From Octopus sinensis (lineage: Eukaryota), in assembly GCF_006345805.1 (NCBI RefSeq), contig NC_042998.1:25730001-25794000 (forward strand): 64,000 nucleotides of DNA. Direction: 5' to 3'. This document shows positions 12,769 to 25,810 of this stretch, in pieces. The notes under the pieces were generated by a model. That model did not search any database. It saw only the letters and a program-made list of their open reading frames with translations, and was not told the DNA's origin. Position 1 is the first letter of the stretch; each line of letters starts with the position of its first letter. The translations under genes were made by a program, and so were the position numbers.

Positions 12769-13207
12769 TTAATCCTTTCATTACCGTATTTATTTTGAGA
12801 TGCTCTGTTTCTTTGAATTACTTTAAATATAACAAAGAATTTAGTAAAATAACTTAGTTATCATTAAGCTAGTGTTAGGAACATAAATTCTGACTTATGA
12901 AAACAAGACATTTGTACCATAGAGCCAGAGGTGGTTTTCAGCTGGTTTGGCATCAAAAGGGTTAAATTAATGATTTGTTAACCCTTTTGCTACCATATTT
13001 CCTTTGAGATGCTCTGTGTTTCTTTCAATTAATTTTAAATGTAACTAAGAATTTAGTAAAATAACTTAGTTATCATTAAGCTAGTGTTAGGAACATAAAT
13101 TGTAACTAAGGTTTGGTGGAAGATTTTAATTCAGAACTTTTGAAAATAGGACATTTGTACTAAAGAGCCAGAGCCAGTTTCAGCCAGGTTGGTAACAAAA
13201 GGGTAAA
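12769..13207. mobile_element. Dimer of the TTAA-flanked MITE (opposite orientation to the 10351 array)
   Basis: Two units joined by ttaa-attaatgatttg-ttaa at 12962-12981. Confidence 0.8.
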
Positions 13208-13549
13208 AGATGTAGAAATTGTATTAAAAAATTATCATCTGTGTTTATGTATGTTTAGTTTTGGACAACTTCTTAACTCTGCTCATATTTTGCAGTATTT
13301 TACCGATTTAATTGAAATTGTTAGAGAAGGGTTAAATGACTGAGAATGATCGTTTTTCTGGCTCAGATAACAAATTTCTACAGCACTAATGTTAAATTAA
13401 TTAGAGATACACAGCCTAAGTTTATTTGCAGATAAAAACACACGCAAAAATACAAACAACTATCCATAGGTCCACATATATCTGATATACATATCCATTG
13501 TCTCCTGAGACAAAAGGATGCCAGCAAATATATATATATATATATATAC

Positions 13550-13915
13550 ACTCTTTTACTCTTTTACTTGTTTCAGTCATTTGACTGTGGCCATGCTGGA
13601 GCACCACCTTTAGTCGAATCAAATCGACCACAGGACTTATTCTTTGTGAGCCTAGTGTTTATTCTATCGGTTGTCAAGCGATGTTGGGGGGAAGAACACA
13701 GACACACAAACATATACACACACATATAAATATATATATATAAACATATATATGACGGGCTTCTATCAGTTTCCTTCTACCAAATCCACTCACAAGGCTT
13801 TGGTCGGCACAAGGCTATAGTAGAAGACACTTGCCCAAGGTGCCACGCAGTGGGACTGAACCCAGAACCATGTGGTTGATAAGCAAGCTACTTACCACAC
13901 AGCCACTCCTGTGCC
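13550..13915 (-). mobile_element. SINE family A
   Basis: Reverse complement of 18852-19258 with an internal deletion. Confidence 0.85.
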
Positions 13916-14660
13916 AATGATGTTAAATGATGATGATGATGATGACGACGATGGCGGTGGTGGCTGCGGCGGCGGTGGCGGCGGTGGTGGTGATGATGAT
14001 GATGATTTGATTTTTTTTTCTTTAATTTATTTTGCAATTATCGGCAGTGATAAAATAAACATGATACAGGTGTATAAACACTGAGTTTATGGACACCACC
14101 TTAAAATTGAAATATAGTTTGCAAAGCTATTGAAATGACATCAATAAATACTCACTTGTCAATGTCATTACTAATTTCGTTTTCCTTTTTTTTTTTGTGG
14201 TGTATGTGTGAAGACATCATCATCATCATCGTTTAACGTCCGCTTTCCATGCTAGCATGGGTTGGACGATTTGACTGAGGACTGGCGAACCAGATGGCTG
14301 CACCAGGCTCCAATCTTGATCCGGCAGAGTTTCTACAGCTGGATGAAGCCATTTTTGAAATATTGAGTGTATGGGTTTATATTGATTTCAAATTTTGGCA
14401 CAAGGCCAGTAATTTTGATGGAGGAGGTGAGTTGATTACATTGACTCCAGTACTTAACTGGTACATATTTTATCAGCCCCAAAAGGATAAAAGGCAAAGC
14501 TAGCGTTGATGGAATTTGAACCCAGAATATAAAGACAGACAAAATGCTGCTAAACATTTTACCAGGCCTGCTGACAATTCCACCACCTTGACAACTTGGT
14601 AGGGGATTATATCAAAGGCAAATTAAGAGGCCTGGGTTCATTATTATAAAACTAATTAGA

Positions 14661-14907
14661 AATTCTGTTGTGTCTGGGGTAAGTCTGTCTCTTTTGGTGA
14701 CTTATAATTTAACACACTCACCGGTAAAATTTCCAGTCATTTCTTATTTAATTTTCTAAAATTTTCATTGCGTCTTGCAACCTTTTCAATAGTTTTGACT
14801 CTGTCTGTTACTCACACCGTGTTCCTTTTAGTTTGGTTGTGTGTATGTGTGTGGAACATAGTGTGTGTGCCTATACATGCATACAAGTATGTATGTATGT
14901 ATGTATG

Positions 14908-14938
<31 letters not shown>

Positions 14939-15245
14939 TTGTATGTATGTATGTATATATGTATGTATGAATGTATGTATGTATGTATGTATGTATGTAT
15001 GTATGTATGTATGTATGAATATTTTGATTTTAAGTTTTGTATCATATAGTATTTTTCAAGATTTCTGGATTATTTCAAATCTGGGTATAGCATCAATGAG
15101 TATCACATCTTCAGAGTTGTTTTTTGTCATACCAGGATATATTATAAGGCACCAAAAGAGAATGACTCACCCCAGACACAACAGAATATGCTTCAACAGA
15201 CGAATTCACATAAAGAATCTTGCAAACCAAATCCTAAACCGAAAT
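14661..15245 (-). mobile_element. Penelope-like element remnant: inverted terminal piece, internal fragment, (TACA)n tract and terminal repeat with HHR motif
   Basis: 15020-15142 matches 17198-17320. 14661-14798 and 15140-15245 are opposite-orientation copies of the 1695-2024 family. Confidence 0.6.
14756..14792 (-). ncRNA. Minimal type I hammerhead-like motif, U3-A8 variant
   Basis: CUA UUGAAAA G GUUGC-AAGAC-GCAAU GAAA AU U U UAG: 3-bp stem I, 5-bp stem II, palindromic stem III AAUU. Confidence 0.55.
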
Positions 15246-15827
15246 AATTAGAAATTGAAATTAGTAATATATAGAAGAGATTAAGATAAAACAAAATTTC
15301 TTATGATGACTATGGCTAAAAACATTTAGTTTGCTTTGCTTTGGAATCAAATGAGGGTCTGTTCCTGCTGTGTGAATATTGCTGGCTAGCATTCTGAATT
15401 ATAGCCATGGGTCAACCAATACCGTGTGAGAGAAACTGGTAAATAAAAACTGAGCAAGACTGCCATAAATATGTAGATATATATATGCATATATATATAT
15501 ATATATATGTAACAGAGGGTGTAATTATAAACAGGGCAAATGTTAGCCATTTCTCTGCAGACTGAAAAAAAATTATGAACAACGTTAACCAATTTTCAAA
15601 CCTTATTGGGCTCTCATCAGCAGTGTCCATATCATTCTGACAGTCTCCAAAGAAACAAGGAACCAAACTGTTTATATACTCAACAAATGCAGCAGTTACT
15701 TATGAAGGATTCCCTAATTTGCATACCGAAAGTGTTTAACACTCTATAACACACTATATACATACACACACACACACATATATATATACATATATATATA
15801 TGTATATATATACACATACATATATAA

Positions 15828-15895
<68 letters not shown>

Positions 15896-15941
15896 GTCAC
15901 TCATCAGGTTAAAAATATATATATACATATATATTTTTTTG

Positions 15942-15974
<33 letters not shown>

Positions 15975-16046
15975 TTAGCCTTCACCGTAATAGATCACTA
16001 GTCACTACACATTCTTTATTTTCTCTTCTTGTTTCTTTCTGTGTTC

Positions 16047-16082
16047 CTTTCTGAGGAAGAGCATAGGCTCGAAACGTTAAAG
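16047..16082 (+). ncRNA. Minimal type I hammerhead ribozyme (Penelope-type)
   Basis: CUUU CUGAGGA A GAGC-AUAG-GCUC GAAA CG U U AAAG: intact core, palindromic stem III ACGU, GUU cleavage triplet. Confidence 0.75.
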
Positions 16083-16171
16083 ACTTTTTCACTTTCCGTG
16101 CATTGTACTAATACATCTGTTTGTTGTCTACACCTCCTGTCTTTGTCTTTTGTTTTTTTGTGAATTCTCCC

Positions 16172-16209
<38 letters not shown>

Positions 16210-16258
16210 TATATATATACATATATATATATGTATATATATACACATACATATATAA

Positions 16259-16329
<71 letters not shown>

Positions 16330-16476
16330 ACTCATCAGGTTAAAAATATATATATACATATATATTTTTTTGTATATATATATGTGTGTGTGTGGTGTGT
16401 GTGTTTAGCCTTCACCGTAATAGATCACTAGTCACTACACATTCTTTATTTTCTCTTCTTGTTTCTTTCTGTGTTC

Positions 16477-16512
16477 CTTTCTGAGGAAGAGCATAGGCTC
16501 GAAACGTTAAAG
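16477..16512 (+). ncRNA. Minimal type I hammerhead ribozyme, second identical copy
   Basis: Identical to 16047-16082, 430 nt downstream. Confidence 0.75.
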
Positions 16513-16601
16513 ACTTTTTCACTTTCCGTGCATTGTACTAATACATCTGTTTGTTGTCTACACCTCCTGTCTTTGTCTTTTGTTTTTTTGTGAATTCTCC
16601 C

Positions 16602-16637
<36 letters not shown>

Positions 16638-16699
16638 TTTATATATATATATATATATATTGTGTGTATGTGTCTGTAGGTGTGTGTATGCATGTGTTG

Positions 16700-17400
16700 T
16701 CAACTTTTGGTGGTTTTAGTTTTAATCTATCCTTATTCAAGTATTATTATTATTTCAGATTATGGTTGTTTTTACCATTTATTCTTTATAATAAATGTGT
16801 GTATAGGATCTTCTACAAGTATTTGTATAGCTTCAATAGTCTGTCTCAATGTTAGGCTTCTGGATTGTCTGAAGAATATATCTTTTATTTCAACATTCTT
16901 TTATTTCAACAATTTTTGTTTCTATACAGTACAAACGTTTGCTTCTTTTTATTGTATTTTTATGGTGTTCAGCAATTCTTTCGCATAAGCTACAAGCTGT
17001 TTTTCCTCGATAGGTTGTTGTGGTATTCGTACACTATCTGCATATGCACCTCATATTGTACACAACATATCTAGTTTTGCAGTTTACTTATGATTTGATT
17101 GTGTGTACACTACAGTTGTTATCTGTGTAAATCTTTTCTGAAATGAGTATGACTTACATCATAACAACTTGATGACTCTACCTGTTTTTTTTCTACTATT
17201 TTAATTTTAAGTTTTGTATCATATAGTATTTTTCAAGATTTCTGGGTTATTTCATCTCTAGGTACAGCATCAATGAGCATCACATCTCAAGAGTTGTTTT
17301 TTGTCATACCAGGATATATTTCTTGTCCGAGTTTTCTTTTCCATTCTCCATCGGTTCCAGGGTTTGCTCTAGTAGATTCATTACACTCCATTTGCATCAT
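16700..17400 (-). mobile_element. Decayed Penelope-like pol fragment (GIY-YIG entry motif)
   Basis: Minus strand 17040-17106 reads HTIKS*VNCKTRYVVYNMRCIC, resembling the PLE endonuclease NCxxxxVVYxxxC motif. 17198-17320 is shared with 15020-15142. Confidence 0.5.
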
Positions 17401-18371
17401 TGCTGATAATAGTTTCAAACTTTCTCCAGCTCTTCATATACACTGATCTTATTTTGTTGGTTGTATCCAGAGAATTGCATGTGGTGGCTGGAACTTCATA
17501 TACACTTTCTCAATTTGCAGGGTAAACACATGAAAGGTGTTTTATGGAAATAGAATGAAATATAAGCAAACAACAACTGTTTGGGGAAAAAATAAGTAAA
17601 TATAGATAGATATCAACTGCTGAGTGTGTTTTTATCAGTATGGATTTACTGAAATATTAAATTATTTTGATGTTTTCCTTTACTAGATTGAAAATTCTGT
17701 CAAAAAAGTTATGAGATCATGAAAAAGGAAGAAGTCTTCAACTTTCAGGCTTAATCTAATGGTGGGAACAGTGCAGACACCCTTTCTCTTTTCACTTAGT
17801 GCTTGTTTGTAACAAAATCATACGCAGACTGTTGCTATTATTCTTGTGTCCTGCTTATAGAAACGAAAGGATTTGAAACCTTGGTTTTTATGCCTCTCTT
17901 AAACTTCATTATCAGCATCATCATCATTGTCTAATGTCCGCTTTCCATGCTGGCATGGGTTGGACGGTTGTAAACTTGTATATGGAAATAGATATTTGGT
18001 TCTTACATTTGTATTTTACCTTCCTTGCGAAAATTTTAAAACATTATACTAGCAAGTTTGCTAAATCCCAGCTTGACTTGGATATCAGTAAATCTAACAC
18101 TATTCTTGATGGCCCCTATCTACAAGTAATGGGTAGTGGTTTAGCATTTTAGTTCCCAACCATTTGATTTGGGGTTCAGTCCCACTGCACAGCACCTTTA
18201 ACTGAATTTGGTTCATAGAAACTGAAAGAAGCCTATTGTATAATTTTGTGTGTGTGTGTGCATGTGTGTGAGTGTGTATGTGCATGCATGTGTGTGCATG
18301 CATGCATGTAATGTGTGTGTGCACCTTGTGTGTGTGCACCTTGTGTGTGTGCACCTTGTGTGTGTGCACCT

Positions 18372-18413
<42 letters not shown>

Positions 18414-18482
18414 CACATGGCAAATGAAAGACGGAAGATGGAATATATGTGGATATATTAATCACGACAAATGTTTCAATAC

Positions 18483-18582
18483 CTCTAGCATTGATCCCTC
18501 ATGGGTGGGACACTCAACAACTGGTTCAGGGGTATACAGTGGTGCAGATGTATCGCGTTGGGTGATAAATAGATGCAACTCG
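18483..18582 (-). CDS. Candidate 100-nt coding exon, unidentified gene
   Basis: Acceptor tgttctttcag, donor GAG|gtattg, one open frame ELHLFITQRDTSAPLYTPEPVVECPTHEGSMLE; GC content above background. Confidence 0.35.
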
Positions 18583-18851
18583 CTGAAAGAACAGTTTCTC
18601 AATGTAACTTCTCATTTTGCAGAAAGAAAAACAGTCAGGCAGAGGAAATATCTTCATTTACATTAAAGATCAAAAATAAAATCACAGATAGAAAAAAGAA
18701 AAATGAACACGCAATACAGAGAGAAGAGCATTATAAATACCCATTAACAAATATGGATGAATAAATGGCCTCAGGCAAGCTGCTTGGCATGAGTACATTT
18801 GTTCATACAAAGAGAAAGATATATATATAACATATAAATTACTTTTCAATA

Positions 18852-19258
18852 GGCACAGGAGTGGCTGTGTGTTAAGTAGCTTGCTTACCAACCATATGGT
18901 TCTGGGTTCAGTCCCACTGCATTGCACCTTGGGCAAGTGTCTTCTACTATAGCCTCGGGCCGACCAAAGCCTTGTGAGTGGATTTGGTAGATGGAAACTG
19001 AAAGAAGCCCATTGTATATATGTACATATATGTGTATATGTGTATATGTGTGTGTGTGTGTGTCTGTATTTGTCCCCCCACCCACGATCGCTTGACAACC
19101 GATGCTGGTGTGTTTACGTCTCTGTAACTTAGCGGTTCAGCAAAAACAACTGATAGAATAAGTACTAAGCTTAGAATAAGTCCTGGGGTCGATTTGCTCG
19201 ACTAAAGGCAGTGCTCCAGCATGGCCACAGTCAAATGACTGAAACAAGTAAAAGAGTA
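18852..19258 (+). mobile_element. SINE family A, full length
   Basis: tRNA-like head (tggctgtgtgtt A-box-like, gggttcagtccc B-box-like), body, internal (TA)/(TG) tract and 3' part ending aagtaaaagag. Confidence 0.9.
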
Positions 19259-19499
19259 ATTGTTGGTCAGTTGAAGCCAATCATTAGTAGAATTCCTAGT
19301 TTTTACCTTCGTACCTGTATACAAGGTACATTACTTCAATCTTTTGGCCAACTTGCAACCTCTTTCATTCATTCCCGTTAAGTATGTATGCACCTTGTGT
19401 TTTTGAAGAGCTGATCTAATTATGCTATTTCAGCTGATGACATTTTAGTCCCCCACCTTTCCAGATATATTGTTTGACTAATCAGAAACCAGCGATGTG

Positions 19500-20007
19500 T
19501 AGTTAGTTAGTTAGTTAATTTGGCTCAAAGCAAATAGCAAGGCCATGTAGGGGGACATGGAGTTAAGTACAGAGTGGTGTTCATGTAAAGAGTTCAGGCC
19601 ACTTGAGGTCAAGGGAGGCTTTGAACAAAGCGGTCGTCGGCATCTTCACCATCTCGTCTGGCAGCTTGTTCCACGGATCCGCAACCCGGACGGAGAAAGC
19701 TCCTCTCCTTCGATTGAGATGAAATCGTCGTCATTTTCAGAATGACCCCGCAGCTGACGCTCCGGAGCAGGAGTGAAGAACAGCTCTTTCGAGAGGTTAC
19801 ACTTTCCGCTTATGATGTTGTGGGCGAGAATGAGATCACCACGGCGGCGGCGTTTTTCTAGAGAATAAAGGTCAAGCGTCCTCAGCCTTTCTTCATAGGA
19901 CAAATTTTTGAGACCATGAACCATGCGGGTAGCCAGCTTCTGGACTCTTTCGAGATGCTGTATGTCTTTGAGGAGATAAGGAGAAGAGGCTTGAATCCCG
20001 TACTCCC
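19500..20007 (-). mobile_element. CR1-type LINE 3' end
   Basis: EYGIQASSPYLLKDIQHLERVQKLATRMVHGLKNLSYEERLRTLDLYSLEKRRRRGDLI...LRGH, plus a (TAAC)n tail at 19500-19518. Confidence 0.9.
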
Positions 20008-21210
20008 CGTGTAGACCTAATTTTTCTACAAAAGCTTCTGAAAATCTATTCTCTTTTGTCTTGGTTAGCATATTTCACTCAACACAGACAGGCCTGTCTC
20101 TCTGCATTCTCTTATTTTTATTCTGGTAGTAACCACGAGTCAGGTTTTATTTTACCTGCATTTCATTCTCTCTTGATAGCAGTTACCTATTCACACAAAT
20201 CTAAATTCACAATGCAAATTAGTTTGTTGAGAAAGAAATATAAAAATGTCCTATGTGCATTTTACATTGTATTTGTACAACAAATTATCTAATTGACTTA
20301 TCAACGTACATTTTTCACAAACACTTCCACATAAACATAGCTTTCCTGTTGCAAATTAACATCTAGAATTTTCCATGTTTGAATTCTATATTGAACTGTA
20401 TTCTCAAATTTAGTGATGCAGAATTTTGTTGTGTTATTTTATTAGCAAGATCTGTCGAAATCTAATTTCTTTGTTGGTAAAAACAGAATAATGAAAATTA
20501 TTTTTGTCTTTTTGTATCTTTGAACTAACCTTTTTTGTTATTTTACCCGGCATGCTAACGTTTCTGCCAGCTCGCTGCCTTTCAGTTTCTTTCAGTTTCT
20601 GTCTACCAAATCCACACATATGGCATTGGTCAACCAGAGCCTGTATTGGAAGACACTTGTCTAAGGTGCTATGCAGTGGGACTGAACCTGGAGCCATGTG
20701 GTTGGTAAGCAAACTTCTTACCACACAGCCACATTTTGATCGACGTGCATGTACAATAAATAGAACATCATAGCCATACTATATGTACAGATTTTGGGTT
20801 TTAAATTTTATTTATGGGAAGGTTTCAGTGACTATCCTTCATTTATGACACACAAGCTCATCTATTACTGCCAAAGTACTATTATTGCATTAGTAACAAT
20901 TTATATCCAACATTAATGTATGTGCAACAGTAAGTAATCTGTGACTAAATATCTACTTTAAAGGAGAGAATTTTGTCAACACAAGAAAACTTAAAAACAA
21001 TTTAAACTTTTATTTCTCTCTTTTATGAGGTGTTAGCATAAATGGCAACCAGGATAGTAGCTAACATTTGACCTATGTTTTTCTTGTAATTATTACAAGA
21101 TCCAGCTTCCTTTATACTTGTAAAAGCTTTAGCAATACAATAGACATCGTTCTCAGCAAGCATTTGGTATCATTTTCATGCAGAAGTTCTATGCCTGTGC
21201 TAACACTGAC

Positions 21211-21317
21211 CTTGGTCTCCATTTCGCATCTGCTCCGAATGTCAAGTTTACCATTTTCTTACATACAGAAATTGAATTTTCTTTGGCATCTCAACATCAA
21301 TGAAGAGAGAATGGTTG
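21211..21317 (-). CDS. Candidate exon with possible start codon at 21254
   Basis: Acceptor cattttacag, donor AAG|gtcagt. MVNLTFGADAKWRP+AG (phase 2) joins in frame to 18582-18483. Confidence 0.3.
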
Positions 21318-21477
21318 CTGTAAAATGGTCAATAAGATAATGAAGGAATCTGTTTTAACTTAATTGCTTTGGTGATAGCTTCTGAAACAGAGCTGTTGTT
21401 CATATTAGATATTGCAAACAATGCTTTGAGATGGGGGAGACGAGACATTAAGAAACACACTATTAATAATAATGACA

Positions 21478-21808
21478 ATACAAAATACAAAGATCTGGAT
21501 AGAGAGATAACCTGAATGTGGAGTCTAAAAACAGAAGTGATCCTTATAATAATAGGTGCATTAGGTATGATTAAAAAATATACAGACAAACACATAGCCA
21601 AAACTAGGATTTAGGAATATATATATATATAACACAGAAAATAACACGACTAGGCACTGCATACATTCAACTTAAAGCACTTTCAGTACAGTGAAAATAG
21701 TAACACTAAACAAACCATAACACATAGCCAAGACACACAGAACTGTGCTTGGTAAAGCAGTGAAAGCATGTGATAAAAATAAGTCTATTGAACTAATAAT
21801 AATAATTA
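21478..21808 (+). mobile_element. R4/Dong-like LINE 3' end with (TAA)n tail
   Basis: TKYKDLDREIT*MWSLKTEVILIIIGALGMIKK...QKITRLGTAYI; ends in taataataat. Confidence 0.8.
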
Positions 21809-21920
21809 CCACAACCACCACCACCATCGTTATCATCATCACCATCATAATCACCATCATCACCATCACCACCACCATCATCACCATCACCATCCTCACC
21901 ACTATCATCACTACCATCAC

Positions 21921-21966
<46 letters not shown>

Positions 21967-22922
21967 TTTATCACCATCATCATATGTATGTTTTCCATGC
22001 TGGCATGAATTGAATGGGTTGTTATGGACAGTTATTATTCAAAGATACTTCCTTTTTGATGCATTGGGTGACCACATATTATTCATTTTTATTTTGGGTT
22101 CGGTTTCTGTGGCTGGAAGCCCTTCCCATCACAATAATTTTACAGAAGGTGTTGGGTGCATTTTATTGAGGCACCAGCATTAGAGATGTTGTCATGTCTC
22201 CAGCAACACTAAATAGTTCTGTCTGTATATTGTCACTGCTCAGTCACTATGCATTTATAAAGTATCCTGGGTGTGCTTTATCTTAGCTCTAGCAGTCATG
22301 AGGTTGACTTAACCCCTTGTAAGAGCGGTGGGTCCCCACTAATCTGTGATACGTTCATCTTCTCTAGGTTCAGAGTGAGACAGTCACTAGTAGAGAAACT
22401 GATAACAGGAGATGATTGGGTGGAGGAAGTGAGAATATGAAACAATGTGAAGAGAATGAGAAGGAAGTAGAAAGAAAGGAAGAGTGATAGTTATGGCGAT
22501 AGGCAAACTAGGTCAGGTGATAAGGATGGTGACTTGGGTGATGAAATATGGTTAAATTTGAACTAACTGTCCTTTATTTTACAAATGTGGTACAGTGAAT
22601 AGGAGAGACAGAGAGAGAAAGAGTGGAGAGTGTGTGTGGAAGAGAGAGAGAGAGAGAGTGAGAGAGAGAGAGAGATGGGATAGAAAGAGCCAGACCACAC
22701 CTATTTATACATGCAACATGGTATGGTGAACAGGTGTATTGTGGTCGGTGTAGCTTGTTACAATTCATGCCAGGCGTTATAAGTAGCACATGGTCTGAGG
22801 TTTCGGTTTTGATATCACGAAAATTATATTAAGAAATAATTCACAGAACAGTTGGATGTTACAAATAAACTCAGAAAATCAGACGTCACATATAAAGTAA
22901 AAGTATAAAAAAAACATAACAA

Positions 22923-23119
22923 ATGTACATTATTTACATTATTTACAGTATTTACATTATTTACATTTGACAGATATTTGTCCTCATCTTGTTTGTTGTT
23001 AACACAATGTTTCGGCTGATATACCCTCCAGCCTTCAACAGGTGTCTTGGGGAAATTTCGAACCTGGGTTCTCATTCCTAAAGTATTTTTCGATGTTGTT
23101 AATATTATTATTATTATTA

Positions 23120-23160
<41 letters not shown>

Positions 23161-23370
23161 GTTCAAATCACTGCCTGGAATCGAACTCGGAATCTTTAGG
23201 TTTGTAGCCCATGCTCTTAACCACTACGCCATATGCCCGAGGGTATATTAGCCGAAACGTTGTGTTAACAACAAACAAGATGAGGACAAATATCCGTCAA
23301 ATGTAAATAATGTATATACTGTAAATAATGTAAATAATGTACATAATTCCTCATCTCTTAAATATAGAAC
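22923..23370 (-). mobile_element. Non-autonomous Penelope derivative: tRNA-like head, (AAT)n, HHR motif and inverted terminal segment
   Basis: A box TGGCGTAGTGG and B box GTTCGATTCC (23166-23238, minus). HHR-like acac CTGTTGA a ggctg-gagggtatat-cagcc GAAA ca t t gtgt (23002-23045). 23239-23344 is the inverse of 22923-23028. Confidence 0.7.
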
Positions 23371-24847
23371 CATAACAAATGTGTTTATCATACACAACAA
23401 AGCTTATTTTGATTATTTGATGAGAAGGAAAATGATGCCTGTACATTTGCAGTGTCTCCTAGTCTGGTGAAATTTGATTGGCTGGTTGTTTGTAGGTGGA
23501 TGCTTGTGGAAAAGAAGAAGTGTAGAAGATAAACAAACCAGTTGCAGGGCTTTTATGTCATTGTCCTGCATGCTAAAAATTGCAGTCAAATATCCCTTGA
23601 AATCTATTGTCTTAGAAAGAAAGCACATTGGAGAATTTATGGAATGGTTAAGGGTAGAATACTTTTGAACATAAGTCTGCTCGATTCTTATTTCTTTATT
23701 GCCCACAAGGGGCTAAACATAGAGGGAACAAACAAGGACAGACAAACGGATAAAGTCGATTACATCGACCCCAGTGCATAACAAGTACTTAATTTATCGA
23801 CCCCGAAAGGATGTAAAGCAAAGTCGACCTCAGCGGAATTTGAACTCAGAATGTAAAGACAGACGAAATACCACTAAGCATTTGGCCTGGTGTGCTAATG
23901 TTTCTGCAAACTCACCGCCTTACTTTTACTATATAATGCAATTAGTAAGAATTAGCAAGAACCGATGTGAATCTTTAAAAAAACACAATATCTTTATTGT
24001 AACCAACATCCCCTTAAATATGTCTTCTATTGATTTAATATTCTTTAATTAAAATAATTTCAATGCATGGCAGTAATTAATTTTACCGTTCTAAACAAAA
24101 TTCAGGAGATATTTCTATTCTCTTGTGTTAATCAAATTTAATTCAACAGCAACATAGCTTCTGACACCTTCAAAGAGTCGACTATTGTTTGGTAAAGTTC
24201 TTTGATAATAGACTGCTCAATAGTCTCTCGTAAATTTCTTTGATAACAGATAATATTTAGAGAATATAACCACACTATGAATATTTTAAGAAAGAATTAA
24301 CATTGGAAGATTATTCAAGCAAAATATTTTCAACTCTTATCTTTTAATTAACATTTATTCGTTAACTGGTGCCTATTTTTTTTTTGTAAGCAACAATTTG
24401 AATTCTTTTTTCTATATTCATTGAATGGTAAATTAAAATCAAACAGTGAAGATAAAACAGTGTAGCATTCCTGTTGAAGATATAAATTGTGATAGTTTAA
24501 GTAAATATAAAAGATTGTATGAAAGGTAAGCAAAACCAAAAAAAGAAAAAAAGACAAAAAGAAAAGGAAAAAATGGATGGTGCTTTTTCAACGTCAGTTG
24601 CAAGTAAACATTTAAACATTTTTTTTTATTATAATGAATCAAAATATTTGTTGGTAGAAAGAAACTGTTGAAATTTTGTTAACAAAGAAAAGAAAAACAT
24701 ATACACACATATGTCTACTTATGTCTATACATTTATATATGAGTATATATGTGCGTAAATATATCTATGTGTGTATATATATATACATATATATGTATAT
24801 TTATTTATATTTATATATATATATATGTGTGTGTATGTATGTGTGTG

Positions 24848-24883
<36 letters not shown>

Positions 24884-24891
24884 TACATATA

Positions 24892-24985
<94 letters not shown>

Positions 24986-25339
24986 TATATATATATGCTT
25001 GAGAAGACCTGTTGAGTCAAGTAAAACCAATATCATTCCTATTTTATTCTATTTGACCCTTAAAGCCATACGAGGTTTTTAAAAATTCTGTTATATTCTT
25101 ATTATTAAATATTATTGGGAATTAAATAAAAAAAAATTGAATTGTTAAAATGTCTTCTGCACTGTAGAAAAATAAACAATTTATTGTACTTAAATTTTAA
25201 CACCAAAATTGCATATGGAGCAAAGGACATATGGACTCTAGTTGAAAATCACTGCTCTAAAATCTTCCGTTGTCATTGTTCTCCCCAAATTCCTTAAGGT
25301 TGCTAACCAAGTAATTCATTTTCTATCAATTCTCACTCT

Positions 25340-25810
25340 TTAACCCTTTCATTACTGCATTTATTTTGAGATACTCTGTGTTTCTTTCAATTACTTTGAA
25401 TATAACAAAGAATTTAGTAAAATAACTTAGTTCTCATTAAGCTAGTGTTAGGAAGATAAATTGTGACTAAGGCTTGGTGGAAGATCTTAATTCAGAACTT
25501 ATGAAAACAAGACATTTGTACTACAGAGCCAGAGCTGCTTTCAGCCGGGTTGGTAATGAAAGGGTTAAATTAATCATTTGTTAACCTTTTCGTTACCATA
25601 TTTCTGTTGAGATGCTCTGTGTTTTTTTCAATTAATTTTAAATATAACAAAGAACTTAGTAAAATAACTTAGTTGTCATTAAGCTAGTGTTAGGAAGATA
25701 AATTGTGACTAAGGCTTGGTGGAAGATTTTAATTCAAAATTTATGAAAACAAGACATTTGTACTACAGAGCAAGAGGTGGTTTCAGACGGGTTGGTATCG
25801 AAAGGGTTAA
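25340..25810. mobile_element. Dimer of the TTAA-flanked MITE
   Basis: TTAA-CCCTTT ... AAAGGG-TTAA twice, with spacer attaatcatttg at 25569-25580. Confidence 0.85.

Larger units (their letters stand above)
15765..16630 (+). repeat. Tandem duplication with 430-bp period containing microsatellites and an HHR-bearing short element
   Basis: 15975-16172 is identical to 16405-16602; the spacer gtcactcatcaggttaaaa is also duplicated. Confidence 0.9.

Noticed and set aside
18483-18582. PLYTPEP resembling aromatic amino-acid hydroxylases
   Set aside because: The flanking conserved residues (TQYIRH before, D..HE..GH after) are absent, so no gene name was assigned.
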